IMG/VR virus record: IMGVR_UViG_2522125086_000002
Length of the DNA: 7,612 bases
Origin: an uncultured virus (IMG/VR IMGVR_UViG_2522125086_000002)
Lineage: Duplodnaviria > Heunggongvirae > Uroviricota > Caudoviricetes
Strand: one strand, 5' to 3'
In this document: piece by piece, positions 6,140 through 7,612 of the stretch
Numbering within the stretch: position 1 is the first letter of the stretch
Layout: the number at the start of each line of letters is the position of its first letter
Notes under the pieces: model-generated
The model's input: the letters and a program-made list of their open reading frames with translations, nothing else
The model's database searches: none
What the model was told of the DNA's origin: nothing
Made by a program: the position numbers and the translations under genes

Positions 6140-7612
6140 TTACCGCATATTCCTGGTATTTTTCAGTGCTGTCAGCTGCCACTCTTCCAGCTTTTGATTA
6201 AAAGAGAGTGCTCCGGCAAACATCTGCTCGACAGTTTCCACTTTGCTGACATTCCATCTGCCTAGAGGATGATTAAACAGGCGGGCATTCTTAAACATGG
6301 CATCCATGCGTGTAGCCGATGAGGTATCCCAGTCATTAAGCGGCTGGTTGAAGGAGGCTGCGCCGGAGAACATTCCGCTCATATATTTTACAGAAGAGGT
6401 ATTCCAGCTTCCCAGCGGCTGGTTGAAATTTTCAGCACCATAAAACATTGAGTTCATAAATATTACCTGGGAAGTATCCCAGTTTTCAAGAGGCTGGTTA
6501 AATGCTCTTGCCTTCTTGAACATCATCTGCATTGACGTAACCCGGGAGGTATTCCAGCTACCGACGGGCTGGTTAAAGTTTTTTGCTCCGGAAAACATTC
6601 CCTCCATAGTTTCGACAGATGAGGTGTCCCAGCTGTCTACAGGCTGGTTGAAAGCTTCGGCACTGCAAAACATGTAGCTCATGTCAGTAACACGGGAGGT
6701 GTTCCAGGCTGCGACAGGCTGATTGAAATGCGTGGCGTGACTGAACATGGCATTCATGCTGGAAACTGCAGAGGTATCCCAGTTTTCAAGAGGGTGATTA
6801 AAATTACCGGCATTCTGGAACATCATTTGCGTTGACCTTACCCGTGATGTATTCCAATGCTCCAGGGGCTGGTTAAAATTTGCGGCATAGCTGAACATCC
6901 CAGTCATATCAGTTACATTCCTGGTATTCCAGCTGCCCACAGGCTGGTTGAAGCTGACAGCCTTATGAAACATCATTGACATATCGGTGGCACTGCCGGT
7001 ATCCCAGCTGTCCAGGGGCTGGTTAAAGGAGCTGCATTCCCAGAACATTCCGGCAAAGCTCTGCGCTTTGGATGTATTCCAGCTGTCCAGGGGCTGGTTG
7101 AAGGATTTGGCGCCGTTAAACAGATGATCCATATGTTTTACCTTGCCTGTATCCCAGCCGTTTAAGGGCTGATTAAAGCTTTCAGCGCCGTAGAAAAGAG
7201 CCTTCATGCTGGTAACATTAGAAGTATTCCAGTAGCCTACTGGCTGGTTGAAGCTGCGGGCATTTGCAAACAGCTCCTTCATGTTTTTAACGTGAGAGGT
7301 ATCCCAGCCATCCAGCGGCTGATTGAATTGAACGGCATTGCGGAACATGGACTGCATATTCGTAACCGATCCGGTATTCCAGCTTCCAATTGGATGGTTG
7401 AAAAATCTGGCATTCTCGAACAGACTCTTCATGCTTTTTACATTCGCGGTGTTCCAGGATTCAATTCCGGAAAAATCCTGGCGTTCAGAATCACGAAACA
7501 GTTTATCCATGGAGGTAATCTGAGAAGTGTCGATATCGCCAAGAGACACCTCCGGATCGGATACCAGTTTTTTGAGCTCCTCAAGGGTGAGAGGATAGTA
7601 CTTTGCAGTCAT
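6140..7612 (-). CDS. BspA-family / DUF285-type tandem-repeat protein, 490 aa
   Basis: N-cap Y.P.T.EELKKLV.D..VSLGDIDTS.IT.M..LF, then 16 complete 25-aa repeats (FNQP(L/V)xxW(N/D)TSxVxxMxxMFxxAxx) and a partial 17th. The ATG is the last codon of the window, so an upstream extension cannot be excluded. Confidence 0.92.
   Translation of the reverse strand: MTAKYYPLTLEELKKLVSDPEVSLGDIDTSQITSMDKLFRDSERQDFSGIESWNTANVKSMKSLFENARFFNHPIGSWNTGSVTNMQSMFRNAVQFNQPLDGWDTSHVKNMKELFANARSFNQPVGYWNTSNVTSMKALFYGAESFNQPLNGWDTGKVKHMDHLFNGAKSFNQPLDSWNTSKAQSFAGMFWECSSFNQPLDSWDTGSATDMSMMFHKAVSFNQPVGSWNTRNVTDMTGMFSYAANFNQPLEHWNTSRVRSTQMMFQNAGNFNHPLENWDTSAVSSMNAMFSHATHFNQPVAAWNTSRVTDMSYMFCSAEAFNQPVDSWDTSSVETMEGMFSGAKNFNQPVGSWNTSRVTSMQMMFKKARAFNQPLENWDTSQVIFMNSMFYGAENFNQPLGSWNTSSVKYMSGMFSGAASFNQPLNDWDTSSATRMDAMFKNARLFNHPLGRWNVSKVETVEQMFAGALSFNQKLEEWQLTALKNTRNMR
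6143..7402 (-). repeat. 75-bp coding tandem repeat array (16 full units plus 1 partial)
   Basis: GGCTGGTT(G/A)AA and GT(A/G)T(T/C)CCAG-like motifs recur every 75 nt on the + strand. Confidence 0.9.

Noticed and set aside
2829..6265. Short ORFs 2829..3014, 3603..3791, 4518..4733, 4561..4836, 5000..5209, 5336..5605, 5383..5694 and 6008..6265
   Set aside because: No family motifs, atypical composition, and mostly overlapping other features without a convincing RBS.
6143..7402. CRISPR array suggested by 75-bp periodicity
   Set aside because: The repeats are degenerate, in frame and protein-coding, with no identical repeats separated by unique spacers.

Overview
Accessory, partly decayed bacterial region. 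Left to right: the 3' end of a class C (IIC) group II intron (last 25 codons of the RT/maturase, domains V and VI, ending at 173); an intact RNA 2'-phosphotransferase gene (kptA/Tpt1); and a DIP1984-family coiled-coil gene (probable start 994). That gene is followed 5 nt after its stop by a ~210-nt non-coding segment that can fold into a multi-helix, potentially pseudoknotted RNA with a tRNA-like T-arm. Then, all on the minus strand: a frameshifted IS256-family transposase relic with one recognisable end; a phd-doc toxin-antitoxin operon with a clear sigma70 promoter; a non-coding cluster of GNA-triloop hairpins; a frameshifted hypothetical gene with an Asn-rich N-terminus; and a BspA/DUF285-type protein with 16 complete 25-aa repeats. 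The best candidate for an undescribed system is the DIP1984 gene plus its downstream structured RNA, next to an RNA-repair enzyme. All family calls come from motif recognition by eye and all RNA pairings were derived by hand; no searches or folding programs were run.
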